The notes beneath the pieces were generated by a model. It was given only the letters and a program-made list of their open reading frames with translations, was not told where the DNA came from and did not search any database. Below are positions 60,879 to 64,000 of a stretch of DNA of 64,000 nt, in pieces (within the stretch, counting starts at the first letter, position 1; every line of letters begins with the position of its first letter). A program made the translations under genes and the position numbers. The DNA lies in contig CM120645.1 in NCBI GenBank assembly GCA_051362555.1, positions 8,742,001 to 8,806,000 of the forward strand, read 5' to 3'. Source of the DNA: Lingula anatina (taxonomy: Eukaryota; Animalia; Brachiopoda).

Positions 60879-63800
60879 TGTTGATACCCGCATCGTGCCC
60901 GTTGTTTGCAAATTGACGGAAGGGTCAACGGCGGAAGGGTCAGTCGGTGAAGTTCCCTCTGTCCTTTGAGGTGGCGGCCAGTCACTGGTCACATCCGGGC
61001 TAAAGCTGACCCCGGGCTCTGCGAAAATGGTTTTCAATCTGGCTCTTTGAACAATGGACCAGTGGTGCTCTCTACCAGGGCTGCATGTATTATAGGCATA
61101 TTTTTCACCAGCCACCGTTAAGAGACATTATCTGTGAATATCTAGTGAAAAAAAAAACAATCTGTGGGCTGGTAGAGGGTACACCAGTGGTCACTCGGAT
61201 TGATATGACCAACGCTATTGAGTTGGAGTTGCATACATGTATATTAAGGGAACGCAATTGCTAAAACAAGAAAAAAAATATTTTCTCTGCAAAAAGTCTA
61301 ACGTGTACTTAAGACATTTAATTACTCCCTGCATAGCGCGTGTGGGGGACCCAGCTGAAAAATAAAGACCTCCCCACGCGGCGTAGCCAAGCCGTCACAA
61401 AAAGAACCGGCAGCCCACTTCCTGGGGTTAATCTTTAAACGGTTTGATTTAAAACAGCGCAGGTTGTGACCTCTATAATAGCGTCTTTCAGCTGTAAGTT
61501 CTGTTTCCAGTGACTTCTTCACCGCTGAGGTATAATAAACAGACTAAAAAGATTGAGAACAATGCATTAAGAAAATGTGATACATGAAGGTCATATTATA
61601 CAGAGATACGACACAGTAAGGAGACTATACTATATCAGATTGTCCACATAAGAAAGATTACGCGATACTGAGTCCCGGTGGTTTACAGATTTTGAACTGT
61701 TTATTGGGTAGTAAACGGGATTGCATAAAGTCTACAAAATGCTTATTTATTGCGACAGTGCTGAACGTTTGAAAAAAGCCGGCACAGAAAAGGACTTCCC
61801 TCTTGGCAGATCAGTATATTTTGATTAAAATACTCGCCAGGCACAAAAAAAAAAAAAAAAAAGAAGAACAGCTTTATGGATCACGTCATCCCGTATTCGT
61901 CGTCTACTTGGCTCATGATTGAGCTAACAACGAAGTGTGGTCCATCGTATACACACCATATTTCCGGGGTCTTTTAAATCAAACAATTTATTTCAGAATT
62001 AAGATACGTTGCACTTTTATCTATTTCAGATTTGGAACAGACGCACAAGAAATATGATTTTATCGAAAAAAAAAAAAAAAGAAAAAAAAAAAAACGAAGA
62101 CGGTAGAGACACGTCCTTGCAGTAATGGATCTGATAGAAAAAACTATTCAACTTCGCTGTGATCGACTGTATTGAATTGATTTATAACCATTATATCTTA
62201 CAAGAAAGATTAAAGATGTTGACAATAAGACACAAGGGTGGTTTTTAACCACAGCTCAATTTGCTCGACAGAATTAATAGATTTCAAAGCAATATACCCT
62301 AGTTTTTTTACAAGAATAGGAATAACATTTTGTCCTTATTTTTAAACATAACGAAAAGTACCGTTCTTTAGTTTTGTTGCATGCAGGTGGAATATTTAAT
62401 TAGTGTTCGTACAAAGATATCTGCTTGCTGAGAGAGAAGAGTAGCACGGAACATGCTTTTTTTCCCTAAAGATAATAAATTAAGAGATATAAAATTACGT
62501 TATTTAAACAATAAAAAGATTTTACTCTTAATCTTCTATCGTTGGGTTGTATTACTTGTACTTTATACATTAATTTGTCACTTTTTTCTTACCAAGCCTC
62601 ATTAAAAATATGGACAGATTTCTTGGAGGTGGAATACAATGTATGACTAATTGGCATACACTGCTTAGTCATGTTTATTAATAAACAAATCATTCAAATT
62701 ACTTCAGTATAATTTACTTCCCTGATGTATCTGGCAGCTTGCTGATGGATAAAACATCCTTAGCTCCTCTTCTTAGGCAAATATAAAATTATTTAATAGT
62801 CGAGGGCATTTTCTGTAATATGTAGAAAAAGGGTTGGAAATTGTGCTTGGTTTCATCTCGTTTCACTTGTTATATTGCTTTGCAGGGTAGAAAAGCGGGT
62901 GCATTTGTTCCTCTAAAGGTGGGGAGGGCGGGGAGGGCTGGAATATTGGACGCATGGATCCACCTTTGAATTCTTAAGCTCTTAAGTGGAGATGCAAGAA
63001 CAGTTGCGCGCTTCAGAAAAAAAAAATCAAAATTGCTTTTGGTGTTCTGGCACACAACTAAATCATTTGTAAACTTTAAGGCATCTTCGCGGGAGTCCCA
63101 TTACGGATCGTTTATAGAATGACACAGGCAAGAAAATTCTTCCACATGGAATTGATGTCAAAACCCGTCTTAATTCATTCTTCAGTCAATCATTTACATT
63201 TCCTCAGCAGTTTTACTCGTCGTTATTTTTTATGAGATACCATCTTTCCATATTAGTGTCTCCGACCGAGAGATTTGTACAGTATACTTCATCCCAAGCT
63301 TAAGACTGCGTTTACTAAACAAATGAAAGGAATGAAATCAAAACTATCAGTGTATCCAATGTGCATTCTAAAATAAGGCGAGAGCCTTTAAGTTTGTAAA
63401 TATTTTGGAACGAAGTAATTTAACGTACGTAATAAAAAAAAGGTTCAATTTTGCATGAACAGTGAAATACACTCAGGACAACTTTTTGCTTTAACTGGTC
63501 GAAATATTTTATAAGTGTATAAGTGCGAATCTAGTTGATTTTGAATCTGTAATCGTCTTTTTTTTCTGAATGCGTACACGATTCAAAAAGAGGACACACA
63601 GCACCTATCACCCCCCCCCCCCCCACCCCAAATAAGACCCGGATCCTCCAGTTAGCTAAACTCTCATGTACTAAAAAAGTTATCACCAGCAATAGGCTTG
63701 TATCGCCCACGTCGTACGAGGCCTACTGCAGGAATAAAGTTCATAATTCCAGTGTTCGGTATTAAATATCACTTTGAATCTTGCCCGAGTTGCTGTAGAC

Positions 63801-64000
63801 CATATGTTTCGTGGCACAGATCTACTCTTCAGAAGTCATGTCGTAACTTTAAGGAGACACTTAAGCACAGGAAAAGTGTGGGTGTGTTGCAAGCAACTTC
63901 CGCTGGACGCGTCTACGCTCTATTCATTCGGAGACGCTTATCTGCAGTTTTTAGTGGCGTTCCTTCACTCGACGTTCCTCCGTAGACTTTGAAACGTCTG

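Noticed and set aside
63698-63992. ORFs at the right edge as the start of another gene
   Set aside because: Non-ATG starts and no recognisable protein similarity.

Overview
AT-rich eukaryotic (invertebrate animal) genomic DNA, not prokaryotic; most six-frame ORFs are spurious. A mollusc/lophotrochozoan origin is my inference from the repeat content and gene style. The window is dominated by one + strand multi-exon gene for a class C GPCR, a metabotropic glutamate receptor with group III-like motifs. I assembled 8 phase-consistent GT-AG coding exons (33895-34419, 53134-53350, 53826-54113, 54701-54826, 55601-55795, 56144-56270, 56771-57701, 58138-58482), giving 917 aa: signal peptide, Venus flytrap, 9-Cys domain and 7TM. 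Notable points: (1) the lysine that binds glutamate's distal carboxylate (YEQEGKV) is Leu here (YEQEGLV); (2) a hidden downstream terminal exon (60682-60878) ends in a PDZ ligand (ETTL*), and a frame-symmetric 48/39-nt mini-exon (59952/59961-59999) lies before it, predicting switchable C-tails; (3) a candidate promoter and non-coding exon at ~11.15-11.6 kb, and a CAG|GTAAAG recursive-splice-like acceptor at 33303. The rest is intron/intergenic DNA with several MITE families, a DINE-1/Helentron-like element inserted into a minisatellite, a SINE, LINE remnants, a 30-bp P-element-like footprint and microsatellites. No rRNA, tRNA or CRISPR seen.
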